Positions 1 to 12,007 of a stretch of 64,000 nucleotides of DNA are shown here, one piece after another. The notes below the pieces were generated by a model. It worked only from the letters and a program-made list of their open reading frames with translations, had not been told where the DNA came from and searched no databases. Each line of letters opens with the position of its first letter. Positions within the stretch are counted from its first letter, which is position 1. This DNA comes from a candidate division FCPU426 bacterium (lineage in GTDB: Bacteria > Oederibacteriota > Muellerivitia > Muellerivitales > Muellerivitaceae): the NCBI GenBank assembly GCA_963738405.1, contig CAVTWJ010000010.1, forward strand, positions 1 to 64,000, in the 5' to 3' direction. The position numbers and the translations under genes are program-made.

Positions 1-1332
1 CCGACGGCTACCCTGACCCCCACGGCGACTTCGACTCCCACGCCCAATGTAAACATCGCAAAGATGGTCTCCGAATCGGTTGGAAATTCGGGTGATATCG
101 TGACCTATACCTTGATTCTTTCTCCCACTTTAGGCCAAGCCAACTCGGTAGCGGTGACGGACATCCTTCCCAATTATTTGTCTTTCGTGAGTTTTGGACC
201 TGTCCCATCTGGGGTGAACGTTCCGACATTCGCAAACAACACTCTGGTTTGGACATTGGCGATCATGCCGACAACACCCGTGACCCTAACTTTCCAGGCA
301 CAGCTGGCCAATTATGTGCCTCAAGGGGCGGTGATTACCAATACGGCTCAGTTGACCTATTCGGGGCTGGCCAATCCTAAGCAGGCCTCGGTGAATACGA
401 CGATGGCGACAACCTACACCGTTCATATTGGGGTTTATAACGAAGCTGGGGAATTGATTAAACAAATATCGGTTCAAGAATTGTCGCAAGAAATCACGAA
501 CTTCAATATTCTTCAAACGCCCACCATTACGACCCTGAACGGAAAGGTTTATGTGGAAGTGAATGGACAGGCGATCACCAGTTGGGATGGCACAAACCAA
601 AACGGGGACCCGGTTATCAATGGTTCCTATTACGTGAAGGTGGACAATACCGATCCCTTTGGAGTGACGACGACCGTATCGCAGGTGGTCACAGTCAACC
701 GGCATCTTGCCAAGGTACAGGTGAACATCTTCAACGAGGCGGGTGAAATCATCCGGCATTTGACAAGCTATGTGGACGCGGCGGGTGCCTTCAGTATCAA
801 CAACGTGAACCTTTCAAGCTCGGTGATCCAACCGACTACGGATACGACTCCGACAGAGGGTAATACGAATATCGTGATGATCAATATGGGGAACGGGGAG
901 GCTGTGACCTGGGATGGAACAGACGACCAGGGAGCGATTGTAACGAACGGGCATTATGACGTGGAGATCCACTACGAGGATGGGGCGGGCGGTGAACAAG
1001 TGGTGACAAGAGGATTGCTGGTAGAAACCACAGGGTCCACCCATCCAAATAATACGATTCTCGCCATGCCGAATCTTCTGAACTGGAAAACGAGCTATCA
1101 GACGGTGATTGAGGTGAACTCAACCGAGGCCTATACACTGCGGGTGAAGGTGTACGATACTGCGGGAGAATTGCTGAAGAATGTGCCTGTGGTACCTAAC
1201 GGCGTTGAAAACCAGATGACGGCGGATTTCTCAAACGTGGCCAGCGGGCTGTATTTAACGCTGGTAGAAGTGATCAACAACACGGGCGGGGTTGAGAAGC
1301 GGCAAGCCCTCAAAATTGTCGTCGTTCGATAA
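1..1332 (+). CDS. C-terminal part of giant secreted Thr-Pro-repeat protein (DUF11 + three FlgD/CTD-like Ig modules), paralog 1; 5' truncated by window
   Basis: Frame open from base 1 ([21 protein letters not shown]...). DUF11-like GDIVTYTL...[19 protein letters not shown] motifs. Near-identical to the C-termini at 5.9-7.3 kb and 15.7-17.0 kb. Confidence 0.85.
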   Translation, partial: PTATLTPTATSTPTPNVNIAKMVSESVGNSGDIVTYTLILSPTLGQANSVAVTDILPNYLSFVSFGPVPSGVNVPTFANNTLVWTLAIMPTTPVTLTFQAQLANYVPQGAVITNTAQLTYSGLANPKQASVNTTMATTYTVHIGVYNEAGELIKQISVQELSQEITNFNILQTPTITTLNGKVYVEVNGQAITSWDGTNQNGDPVINGSYYVKVDNTDPFGVTTTVSQVVTVNRHLAKVQVNIFNEAGEIIRHLTSYVDAAGAFSINNVNLSSSVIQPTTDTTPTEGNTNIVMINMGNGEAVTWDGTDDQGAIVTNGHYDVEIHYEDGAGGEQVVTRGLLVETTGSTHPNNTILAMPNLLNWKTSYQTVIEVNSTEAYTLRVKVYDTAGELLKNVPVVPNGVENQMTADFSNVASGLYLTLVEVINNTGGVEKRQALKIVVVR

Positions 1333-1691
1333 AAGGTCACCTTTTACCAATTTCTTTCTAAATATCATCAAACCACAGCTCAAATTTTAACGCTTTCGCC
1401 AATTGAAGCTGGATTGGGTGAAGAGTCTATTTCTGTACGTCATTTTTATAAAAAAAAGGTTTTACGCATACCTAAATGGAAACCCTGAGAAAAGGGCTTT
1501 CTTGACGGCGTTATTTGGGTCAGATTCCTATGTTTTACCGTTTCACAGTCTCTTATCATTCAATTTATGATAAATTTAATGATAGAAACAGGTGAAACCT
1601 GTAAAAAAGCCCTTCAATAGTAACTAAAAACAATTTTATAAGTGCTTGCTGGTGAACCGATTTCTTCAGGGATTCAAAAGGGGAGCAGTAC

Positions 1692-4600
1692 GTGAATTCG
1701 TCACTGAAGTTCCTGAAATCGTTGTTACGGTTTCAAGTACAGTCGTTGATGCGCGTTTTGAGCATCAACTTGTCCGCTTTTATTTCTATTGGCCTACTCC
1801 CTATTGTGTTTTTTATAGCCGGCACTTCTTTTGCTCAGGTCGTAGGCACCTCCAAGTATTTTCAAAACGATCCGCCCACCATCTATACGTCCATCGCAAC
1901 AACCTATGGTCCTTTGTCCCCAGGGACCGGGAATTGCGGTTTTCCTTCCGGGTCTTATGACCCGAACTATTACGCCGCCATCATCTCGAATGATTACCAA
2001 AACGGAATAGCCTGCGGAGCTTGTATCGCGGTGACGGACACGGCGGTTGGCGGTGCGGCGGTCACAGTAATGGTGGTGGATAATTGCCCCAGCTGCTCAA
2101 CAGCGAACCAGCTGGATCTAGGGCCAACAGCTTGGAACACCCTGACGAACAACGCCTTGCCTGGCATTGCCAACATCCAATGGAACTTCATCACCTGCCC
2201 CACCAGTTTGATGACAGGTGACCCATCCCACAACATCACCTACCAATGGAAATCGGGCTGCGGAAGTGGTTACGCCCCGATTCAATTCATGGACATGCTG
2301 GTTCCCATCGTTGCTGTGGGATACAGCACGAGCAGCAGCGGACCCTTTACGGCATTGGTGATGGGCGCGAACGGCGTTGGCGGAGATGAATATTGGGGAA
2401 CGTCCAACGGCAACCTTGGAGGAACGGGCCCCTTTTATTTTGACTTGACGGCTGCGGAAGGAGGCTCGATTACGATCGGAGGCTTGAGTGTGGGCGCCTG
2501 CGGCGTGACGAACGCAACGAGCTCCCAATTATTTGGAGGAGGGCCCACGAATACCCCGGGTCCTCCAACGGCAACTCCGACCATTACCAATACCCCTGCC
2601 CCCATGCCGACTAATATTGTAAACGGCGTCTCCTATTCCAATTGCAGCGTCAATCAACCCAGTGCTGTTTCCCAGCAACAGGAGCTTCTGGCCCAGGGAA
2701 CAGGTTTGGATTACACCATGGTGAGCGCCAATTGCGGATCGGCTCTCACAGTCACCCTACCCCCTGGCGCAACCCCGGTCACGGCCTTTCTTTATGTTGA
2801 ATACCAAAACGGGGCTGATGTAGCCCCGAATACGACGGCGATCAATTTCAATGGCTCTGGCACGGGTACAGGCACTGCCACTGGAGCGGTTTCTTATGTG
2901 GGATGGACCCAGACCTGGTACAGCATTCGTTATGCCATCAACCCTGGTGCTATATCCAGCGCGGGCCAGGCTTCCTACACGGTGAATACAGGAGCCAATC
3001 CCGATTCCTGCCAAGGTGTGGGGCTGATGGTGCTCTACAAAAACCCAGCTGAGACCACGAACAACGTGATCGATATCGCCGATGGGGAATTTGCCTGGCA
3101 TTACGAGGAAAACGGGGAAGTGGCCTATGGGACTCCTCCCTACGATACGCGGATGAATTGGACCTGTTTGGGGTTGAGCTGTGGAACGGCCCAGACCCGG
3201 TTTTCCGCGCTGGGAGGAGCACAACAGTGCACGGGAACCCCCGATCAATTTAGCGATATTATCGCCCAGTACGGAACCGGGCCCGGCAACGGGGGAGCCT
3301 ATGGCCCCTGGAATGGAACACCCATTTGGAGCGGTCCTCCGGGAGCCTTGAACTGCCAAAACGGAACCAACGTCAACAAAAATGAAATCGTCAGAGATTA
3401 CCGACCACCCCAAGCGGACTTCAACAACAATGGACAAAGCTTTGAGTGGGGTATGACCCTCAACGGCAATCCCCAAAAGAGTTCCTATTGGCAGCAAGCC
3501 CTTATTTCCCAATATATTTGCAACCCCGTGACCCAATGTGCAGTGACAGATAATTTCATGAGCGGTGCCACCTACAGCGGCCCGCCACCGGGATGGATCA
3601 TCGGTCAAGACCCTCCAGATCAGGGGAGTTGGGTGCAAGGAACCAACGGCGTTTCATTTGTCGGCGGGGTCTATACCCAGTGTTTGGATGAGAACAACCA
3701 GTTGTTGAATACTCAGGTCGCCAGCGGCCCCGGGACCATGAATGTGGAGGTTTGCCAAACGAACCTACAGGGTGGAGCGCCCACTGGAAACGAGGAAGGG
3801 ATTGAGTGGGACATCAATCAAAGCACGGGTACTGGCTATGGTTTGAATTTCAACGCGGATAACGCGGCGAATACCGATAGCTCCTTCACTTTCATTAAAT
3901 ATGGCTCCGGTGGAACCACTATCAGTTCCACAACGGTTACCTTACCCGCCAACAGCGCCTTGGCGGCCTGCCCGGCCTGGATTCAACTGATCATCAATGG
4001 CTCCAACTTCCAGGTTTCGGTGGGTCCAACCCAGGGGTCCAGCACCTGGACGCACACCTTTACCGATGCCACCTATACCACCGGGTTGATGGGTCTAAGC
4101 GACTTTGGCTGCCCGAACTCGCGATTCGAGTATTTTCAATGGAATGGGGTTTGCACGACTCCAACTCCGACCAATACACCAACGAACACCCCGACCAATA
4201 CACCCACCCGTACCCCCACGGTTACCCCGACCTACACTCCGACTTATACTCCAACCATCACCCCTACTCGTACGCCTACACCCACTCCGACCAATACACC
4301 TACCAATACACCCACTCCAACACCTACCAATACCCCCACTCGGACTCCAACCAACACACCAACGATTACCCCCACAAATACCTTTACTATTACTCCGACC
4401 AATACTCCGACTGTTACCCCAACGGTTACCTGGACCTATACACCCACCCTAACGCCTACCAATACCCCCACGAAGACGCCGACTATTACACCGACGAATA
4501 CCTTTACGGTTACCCCAACCAACACTCCAACTAATACCCCAACCATTACCTGGACCTATACACCCACCGTGACGCCCACAAACACGCCCACCAAGACGCC

Positions 4601-7269
4601 AACTATTTCTCCTACCAATACTTTCACGGTGACACCCACCAATACCCCGACCAATACACCAACCATCACCTGGACTAATACCCCGACGGTTACGCCTACC
4701 AACACCTTCACAATTACCCCGACCGTCACTCCGACCAATACACCCACGGTCACTTGGACTTATACCCCGACCGTGACTCCGACTAATACCTTCACCAGGA
4801 CACCTACAGCTACCCCGACCAATACACCGACTGTCACTTACACACCCACCCCGACGGTGACACCCACCAATACTTTCACACCAACGCCGACCATTACGCC
4901 TACTAATACCTTTACCATCACTCCTACCAATACCCCAACGAATACGCCGACTATCACCTGGACCAATACCCCGACGGTGACCCCCACCAATACTTTCACC
5001 CCAACGCCGACCATCACGCCGACGAATACACAGACCTTCCAATTTACTCCGACGATAACCAATACCCCGACCCAAACGGCGACTCGCACCAATACCAATA
5101 CTCCCACGAATACCAGCTACGGTTACCGCGACCAATACCTGGACTCACACACCCACCAATACTAATACTGCTACACCTACTGTTACACCGACCAATACTT
5201 ACACGGTTACCAACACGCCCACTCCCACAGTCACACCTACCAATACAGTCACCCCGACACCTACCATTACGCCCACGAATACACAGACCTTCCAATTTAC
5301 TCCCACAATAACCAATACTCCGACCCAAACGGCGACTCATACCAATACCGTTACCCCCACGAACACCTTTACGATTACCGAAACCCCAACCCCAACCAAT
5401 ACACCCACCGTTACCAATACCGCAACTCCCACCATTTCACCTACGAATACCTTCACCATTACCAATACCATCAGCCCTACCAATACTTTCACGATCACAC
5501 CCACTATTTCTTCGACAAATACCTTCACTGTTACTAATACGCCCACACCTACTCTTACGCCGACGAATAGCTACACACCCACCCCAACCTTCACGCCCAC
5601 CAACACTCCAACCGAAACCTTAACTGCCACGCCCACCAGTCCTTGGACCGCCACTAATACAACTACTCCAACGGCGACTTACACGGTGACGACTACCTTT
5701 ACACCGACCTTTACCTACACCGTTACGACTACCCCGACCTTTACCTTTAGTTCCACGCCTACCTGGACGCCTACCTGGACCTTAACCTCCACAAATACCT
5801 TTACAGTAACGCCCACCTTTACCGCCACGACGACACCGACGGTCACCCATACCATTACGCAAACCTTCACCCCTACCACCACCCCGACCGCCACGACCAC
5901 CTTTACCTTCACCAGCACCCCCACCCCCACTTTCAGCCCGACAGCCACCCAGACCCCCACGGCGACCTTTACCCCCACGCCCAACGTGAACATTTCCAAG
6001 ACCGTTTCCGAGACCGTGGGTAATTCGGGCGATATATTGACCTATACCCTGGTGCTTTCGCCTAGTTTGGGACAGGCTAATTCGGTTGCGGTGACGGACA
6101 TCCTTCACAACTACCTGTCGTTTGTGAGCTTTGGGCCAGTGCCTGCGGGGGTCAATGTCCCAACTTTTGCCAACAATACACTCGTTTGGACCCTGGCGAC
6201 TATGCCAACAACCCCGGTTACCCTGACCTTCCAGGCTCAGTTGGCTGCTTATGTTCCTCAGGGAACCAACATTACCAATACCGCCCAATTAACCTACGCG
6301 GGTCTGGCTAATCCCAAACAGGCCTCGGCCAATACCACCATGGCGACAACCTATATGGTGCATATCGGGGTCTATAACGAGGCGGGGGAACTAATCAAAA
6401 ATATCTATGTCCAGGAACTTTCCCAGGAAGTCACGAATTTCAACATTCTTCAAACGCCCACCATTACGACCCTGAACGGAAAGGTTTATGTGGAAGTGAA
6501 CGGACAGGCCATCGCCAGCTGGGATGGAACCAACCAAAACGGCGACCCGGTTCTTAACGGGTCCTATTATGTGAAGGTGGACAATACCGATCCCTTTGGA
6601 GTGACGACGACCGTATCGCAAGTGGTGACGGTCAACCGGCATCTGGCCAAGGTGCAGGTCAATATTTTCAACGAGGCGGGTGAAATCATCCGCCATCTGA
6701 CAAGCTATGTGGACGCGGCGGACGCCTTCAGTATCAACAACGTGAAACTTTCCAGCTCGGTGCTGCAGCCGACCACGGATACGACGCCGACGACGGGTAA
6801 CACGAACATCTTGATGATCAATATGGGCAACGGGGAGTCGGTGACCTGGGATGGAACAGACGACCAGGGAGCGATTGTAACGAACGGGCATTATGACGTG
6901 GAGATCCACTACGAGGATGGGGCGGGCGGTGAACAAGTGGTGACAAGAGGATTGCTGGTAGAAACCACAGGGTCCACCCATCCAAATAATACGATTCTCG
7001 CCATGCCGAATCTTCTGAACTGGAAAACGAGCTATCAGACGGTGATTGAGGTGAACTCAACCGAGGCCTATACACTGCGGGTGAAGGTGTACGATACTGC
7101 GGGAGAATTGCTGAAGAATGTGCCTGTGGTACCTAACGGCGTTGAAAACCAGATGACGGCGGATTTCTCAAACGTGGCCAGCGGGCTGTATTTAACGCTG
7201 GTAGAAGTGATCAACAACACGGGCGGGGTTGAGAAGCGTCAAGCGCTCAAAATCATCGTCGTTCGGTAA
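1692..7269 (+). pseudogene. Giant expansin-like / Thr-Pro stalk / FlgD-like surface protein, paralog 2, with +1 frameshift near 5115 (real lesion or sequencing error)
   Basis: ORFs 1692-5165 and 5686-7269 join into a ~1858-aa protein colinear with 12008-17035 if one base near 5115 is removed (aat acc [a] gct acg gtt). Confidence 0.75.
4150..5985 (+). repeat. Low-complexity Thr-Pro (TPTNTPT/TPTNTFT) coding repeat
   Basis: Degenerate ACN-CCN-ACN-AAY codons, with an internal duplication at ~5011-5085 and ~5263-5338. Confidence 0.9.
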
Positions 7270-7355
7270 TCCCGAAGCTCTTCCATCCCCTTTAAGTCAT
7301 TTAAACATTTTTGCTTTGGACCTGATTCCGCGTTTAAAAAATGGGTTCAAAAAAG

Positions 7356-9290
7356 TTAGTTCGAGAAGTGACTTATCATCCTGTTGGCCTCGATATTACC
7401 TGGGTCCAGTTGAAGGGTATCCTGGAGGCAAATTCGTCCCAACGAAAAATTCCCCAAATGAAGATTTGAAACGGCCAAATTGAAATAGAACTCCTCGTAT
7501 TTTCCGGGAGCCTCTTGGAGGCAATGAAGAAAAAGCAGCCGCGCCAAAAAGTATTGGCCGTATTTCATGGTAAATAATCCGAGGCCGGAGAGGCCGAGGG
7601 GATAGGATTGGGGTTTGTAGAATCCCGCGATCCATGCTGCGGACCGGTTGGGTTTTAATTGGTCCATGACGGCGGTCATTTCATCGTCGGGAAGCCAGGG
7701 GATGCCCAGGGCGATGGGTAGGTTGGAAAAATCAACAGCCTTAAATTGGGGAGCGTACCCATTGGCGGCGTAAAGGGCTGAGCAGTCATCCAGGCAGATG
7801 AGGCGCCAATCGGGGGAATCCTTAAGCTGGTTGGACCAGGAACTGTCGGCGTTGTAATCCACCAGGACGAGCTGGGGCTGGTAGCGCGCCAGGAGCGGAT
7901 AGAGCCCGCCGGGTTTCAAACTTTCGAGATAATCCTCGTAAAACCTGTCTTCCATGACCTCCGAACGGCCATCGATGAAACTCGGTTGGGGGGCCTGCCA
8001 ATCCACCCACCCGCCGCAGTCGATGCTGTTGAGCAGCCTTCCATCCAGATGATTTTCGCGCATAAAACGGACGGCACCCACCGGCAGGCAGGTATCGCCC
8101 AAGCCCAGCCCCAAACGGTCAATCCGCCGGTCGGAGATGTAATAGGCGTTGGTGGCCACCCGCGCGATGAACAGCGTTAAAAGAACAAGAAAGGCAAGGG
8201 GAACGATTTTTCTTTTAAGAAAAGGCTCTGTCTTGTTTTGGAAGAGGTCCCGTATGACCGCTCCCATGTAGGGAGCCGATACCAGGATAAAGAGCGGGAT
8301 GTTGCGGACGGCGCCGAAGGCCAAATATCCAAAGGCCGCAGGAAGAACTATTTCATGGAACTTTCGTTTTCGCCAAGTCCATAGGGCCGACGGAATAAAG
8401 GCCAGAACCAGAAAAAAGAAAATAAACAGGTGAAGGCTGGCGTCGTAATGAAGTTTCCGTTCGGTTAGAAATTGAAAGGGCGATAATAATTCTGTGATGT
8501 TTTGCTTGTGAAGGTCGGAGGCCTGGAGCCTTGTCCATAGCTCGAAAGGGAACACAACGCCCTTGAAGAAGTAAGGATTCAAAAAATCAGTCGCGATGGA
8601 AAAAAGTCCGAAACGGACAAGAGATTTATCGATTTTTTTTCGTTGGATATATCCGCTGATCCCATAGGCGAACAGGACCGCCCATCCCAAGACAAACAAG
8701 CCTTCCGTATTGACCCAAAACCATTGGATAATGGGAAGTAAATAAAGGTAATTGCGGTTCTTTTCCCTTAATTCAAGCAGGTAAAGGGTGAGGCCCAAGA
8801 AAAGCCACGAAAAAACCTCCGGCCTCACAAAAAAGCGTCTTTCCGTCGCCAGGATGGATGCCAAAAGTAAAAGGCATATCCAGAAGGAGGATGTTTCGGT
8901 CAGGCGCAGGCGCCAAAATAAAACAAGAAAAACAAGGAAAAGAAGCGTGATGTTCATCAGCGTCAAGGCCGGGTAGCCAAGGGCCGATTGCAGTGTATAG
9001 AGGAGAATTTGATAGAGGCCGTTGGAGTCCAGGTAGTTTTGGTCGTTTTGAGTGTAGGTAAAGGTGTCTTTGGAGGGATAAGCGTGGTTTTGAACGATCC
9101 AAGAACCGGCCTTGAGATGGGTTCCCAAGTCGTACGATTCTATTTTTCTGGCGGAAAAAAGGATGAGAAGGAAAAAACAAGCGAAAAGAACTAAGGACCA
9201 AAGATTAAATCCCATTTTCCAAGTATCGAGTTTGAGGCTTGAACCCATATTGGTGACGGCGGGAAGGGGTTCGGATTTTTCGGATTTCAT
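7356..9290 (-). CDS. Polytopic membrane protein, GT-C-like putative glycosyltransferase with C-terminal TPR
   Basis: Many hydrophobic segments, DLGTHLKAG after TM1, RPEVFS, WVNTEG and FIDGR motifs, TPR-like tail. Confidence 0.6.
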   Translation of the reverse strand: MKSEKSEPLPAVTNMGSSLKLDTWKMGFNLWSLVLFACFFLLILFSARKIESYDLGTHLKAGSWIVQNHAYPSKDTFTYTQNDQNYLDSNGLYQILLYTLQSALGYPALTLMNITLLFLVFLVLFWRLRLTETSSFWICLLLLASILATERRFFVRPEVFSWLFLGLTLYLLELREKNRNYLYLLPIIQWFWVNTEGLFVLGWAVLFAYGISGYIQRKKIDKSLVRFGLFSIATDFLNPYFFKGVVFPFELWTRLQASDLHKQNITELLSPFQFLTERKLHYDASLHLFIFFFLVLAFIPSALWTWRKRKFHEIVLPAAFGYLAFGAVRNIPLFILVSAPYMGAVIRDLFQNKTEPFLKRKIVPLAFLVLLTLFIARVATNAYYISDRRIDRLGLGLGDTCLPVGAVRFMRENHLDGRLLNSIDCGGWVDWQAPQPSFIDGRSEVMEDRFYEDYLESLKPGGLYPLLARYQPQLVLVDYNADSSWSNQLKDSPDWRLICLDDCSALYAANGYAPQFKAVDFSNLPIALGIPWLPDDEMTAVMDQLKPNRSAAWIAGFYKPQSYPLGLSGLGLFTMKYGQYFLARLLFLHCLQEAPGKYEEFYFNLAVSNLHLGNFSLGRICLQDTLQLDPGNIEANRMISHFSN

Positions 9291-10453
9291 GATTGAGAAA
9301 GTTGGAGAGCTTCTTTTACCAAGGGATGTTGATCGGTGAAATAACCCTTAAGGATCGTCAAGGCATCCATTGAATCTTGTTTTGAAATAGAGTCCGCACC
9401 CAATTTCTTTTCCACTCGGGCCAGATCCATCAGGGTTAAGGCGGCTTGGACACTTTTTTCCCCATAGGCGTCCTGTCTTATCTTTAAACAATTCGTGAAA
9501 AGGTCCAAGGCTTGTTTGTTATTTCCTGTGAATGAATAAGCCTTCGCCAACTGGGAGACATAGGGCAGGGTGCTGAAACCGTAATAATCCCCCACGAAAT
9601 GCTGGTAAATTTTCAGCGCGGAAGCCAAAAGGGGATCGGCGGATTGGGGTTTGTTTTGGGATTGAAAGAAAATCCCCAGGTTTTCAGTGGCATCGCCGAC
9701 TTCCATGGAATCGGCTGGAAAAGCTTTTTGAGCGGTTTCCAAACCTTTTTCGAGACAGCTTTGGGTATCGGGCATATTTTTTTCGAGTTTGTAAACCTCG
9801 GAAAGGGCATTGAGGGTTTGTATGTACTTGTTTTTGTCCGAGATTGGATTTTGATCCTGGACCTTTAGGCTTTCTTTTAACCAGGTTTCGGATTGGGCCG
9901 TTTTTCCCTGGGCGAAATCGATTTCTCCAAGCGCGTTGAGGATCTGAACAAAAGCGGTTGAGGCGGCATTGTTGTTTTTTTCAAGGAGGATTCGGGCTCG
10001 GCTGGCGTAATATTCGGCGTCCACCCACCGGCCCCAATCGGCATAAAGCGACGCCAATTGCCCAAGGGATTCGGCGACCAATGGGTCTTCCGGCCCGAAG
10101 GCCTTTAACCGCAAAGCCAAGGCCCAATTGAGGGAGGCCTCGGCGTCCGAATATCGATCCAGATAACGGTCAATAGTGGCAAGGTCCGTAAGTATGGGCG
10201 CCAAAGAGGGGTGGGTGGGGCCCCATTCGTCCTGTGCCATCTTGAGCGCCCTTTCTTCGATTGATAAGGCATCCATAAAGCCGCCGTTTTTGACTCCGAT
10301 AAAGGCCTGGTTCCGGGCCACCACCAGGGGATCGGTGACGTCCAGGGTGTGTTCCGCCTTCAGCGGGAATGGGAAAAAAGAAAAAAGAACGAGAAGGCAT
10401 AGCAGAATAATTTTTATCTTGTGTTGAAGGCGATTCCAATTGAATGGATTCAA
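9287..10453 (-). CDS. Secreted tetratricopeptide-repeat protein (TPR_12-like)
   Basis: Signal peptide and repeats such as GPTHPSLAPILTDLA and GPEDPLVAESLGQLA. TTG start at 10453 has GGAGG upstream and overlaps the previous stop. Confidence 0.75.
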   Translation of the reverse strand: MNPFNWNRLQHKIKIILLCLLVLFSFFPFPLKAEHTLDVTDPLVVARNQAFIGVKNGGFMDALSIEERALKMAQDEWGPTHPSLAPILTDLATIDRYLDRYSDAEASLNWALALRLKAFGPEDPLVAESLGQLASLYADWGRWVDAEYYASRARILLEKNNNAASTAFVQILNALGEIDFAQGKTAQSETWLKESLKVQDQNPISDKNKYIQTLNALSEVYKLEKNMPDTQSCLEKGLETAQKAFPADSMEVGDATENLGIFFQSQNKPQSADPLLASALKIYQHFVGDYYGFSTLPYVSQLAKAYSFTGNNKQALDLFTNCLKIRQDAYGEKSVQAALTLMDLARVEKKLGADSISKQDSMDALTILKGYFTDQHPLVKEALQLSQS

Positions 10454-11658
10454 GGATTGGTTCCTCCCAATAGGGGGAGGGGGGTGGGTATAGGGTTGGG
10501 ATTGGGTTCCTCCATTCGTGATTGGACCGGCCCTAGAATCACCACGTTCGCATCGCGCTCGAATTCGTCCATCCAAGTCGCCCAGCCGTCCGTAGAGTAA
10601 ACTTCCCGGGATAAATGGGCTCCGCCGTCAAAACTCAAATCGGCCGCGTTCGCCAAGCCGCCGGAATTTCCAATTTCCGAAATAATGTAACAATCCGAAC
10701 AGCTGGTGGCGCCGGTTGCGGCTTTCCCCGAGTCGGTTTGAAACACGACGCACTGCCCTTGGGGCGGGAAGGTCTGGGGATGGTCCTTGGGGTTAAAGCC
10801 GATAGTGACCCAGCGGAAAGAAGCCGAGACTTGATCGGGGTTTAGCGCCTCCCCTGAAAAAGAAGGAATGGTTTTGTGATGCATGAAGTCGATAATGTAA
10901 ACGGCGTAATTTAAAGGGGCTGTCGGATGCCCTTCCCGGCGCACCCGGATCGCCAATCCCGTGCCCGTAAATCCGTAGTGGGGATGTAGAGCCTCTCCTT
11001 GAATGACGTCATCCGTTGGGTCGTTAGGCGTGCCGTTTCCATGGATCGGAAGATTCCCGGGTTCGTCATAGGGAACACCTTGGACCTTGGACCCGGTTCC
11101 TTGGAGTGCGAAGAGGGGTTGTCGGTTTAAAACTTTCCATTGGTCATTCTGGAAAATCAGAAGGTTCAGCTTTGGATCGGAGTTTTCGTTTCTGGGGTCG
11201 AAGGAATTCAAAAAATCCCCATAGGCTATCGAGGCGAAATGGTCCGGGCCAATGAGGCCCACCTTGTGCATCCCCCCGCGGAAGGCATCCTGCTCCATGA
11301 CCATGTGGTAGACCTTTCCAGCTTGAAGAGGAAGATTGTCGATCGGCAATGTTATCCAGCTATTACCCTTGGGGGTGATACTGTTGGAGGTCAAAACATC
11401 AGGCGAGGGTAGGCCTTCTTTGTCTTCCCGAATGCTGACTAAATAAGAAGGGGATTTTTGAGCGGTGGAACAAAAGAAGGAAACCCCGATTAAATTCATA
11501 TCTTCCCGGCAAGTGAAGCGGATCGAAATTTTGATATTGGGGCCATCCAAGGCTTGGCTGAGGAGTTTGTCCATAACGAAGTGACAGCCATAGTCGGCAT
11601 GGGCGATGTTAACCACCAACAGCAAAAATAGAGACCCGAGGGTTTTTTGAAGGTTCAT
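10450..11658 (-). CDS. Secreted hypothetical protein
   Basis: 402-aa ORF with signal peptide (…NIAHA), coupled to the TPR gene. Confidence 0.7.
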   Translation of the reverse strand: MNLQKTLGSLFLLLVVNIAHADYGCHFVMDKLLSQALDGPNIKISIRFTCREDMNLIGVSFFCSTAQKSPSYLVSIREDKEGLPSPDVLTSNSITPKGNSWITLPIDNLPLQAGKVYHMVMEQDAFRGGMHKVGLIGPDHFASIAYGDFLNSFDPRNENSDPKLNLLIFQNDQWKVLNRQPLFALQGTGSKVQGVPYDEPGNLPIHGNGTPNDPTDDVIQGEALHPHYGFTGTGLAIRVRREGHPTAPLNYAVYIIDFMHHKTIPSFSGEALNPDQVSASFRWVTIGFNPKDHPQTFPPQGQCVVFQTDSGKAATGATSCSDCYIISEIGNSGGLANAADLSFDGGAHLSREVYSTDGWATWMDEFERDANVVILGPVQSRMEEPNPNPIPTPLPLLGGTNP

Positions 11659-12007
11659 AGTCTTTCTTGGGCGAGCGTTTTAATCGAGAAATGATAATAA
11701 CATGGCTATTGAACCAGAGGTTTAAGCTAAAACCTTAAATTCAGGCAAAGTTGGTTTTTTTAAGCATTTTTTAAAAGATGCCTTTGTAAAAAAACTGATA
11801 ACTATTGGGAAAAAGGAGTAAACTTTACATGTAGGACGAAGCAAAGATTCAGCTTGGTTGATCAAAAAATAGGCACAGGAAGGAATTGTTTTTCAGGCAA
11901 AAAACGTTTTTTGACCTGGGAATTCCTAACTAAAACATAAAGGGGAGAGTTGACCGTAAAACTTAACGGTTGAAGTTTGATTATTTTGGCAAGGCCGATG
12001 GTGAATT

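Noticed and set aside
4105..6288. Val/Gly-rich and His/Tyr-rich alternative ORFs (also at 14.4-15.8 kb)
   Set aside because: They are shadow frames of the Thr-Pro coding repeat.
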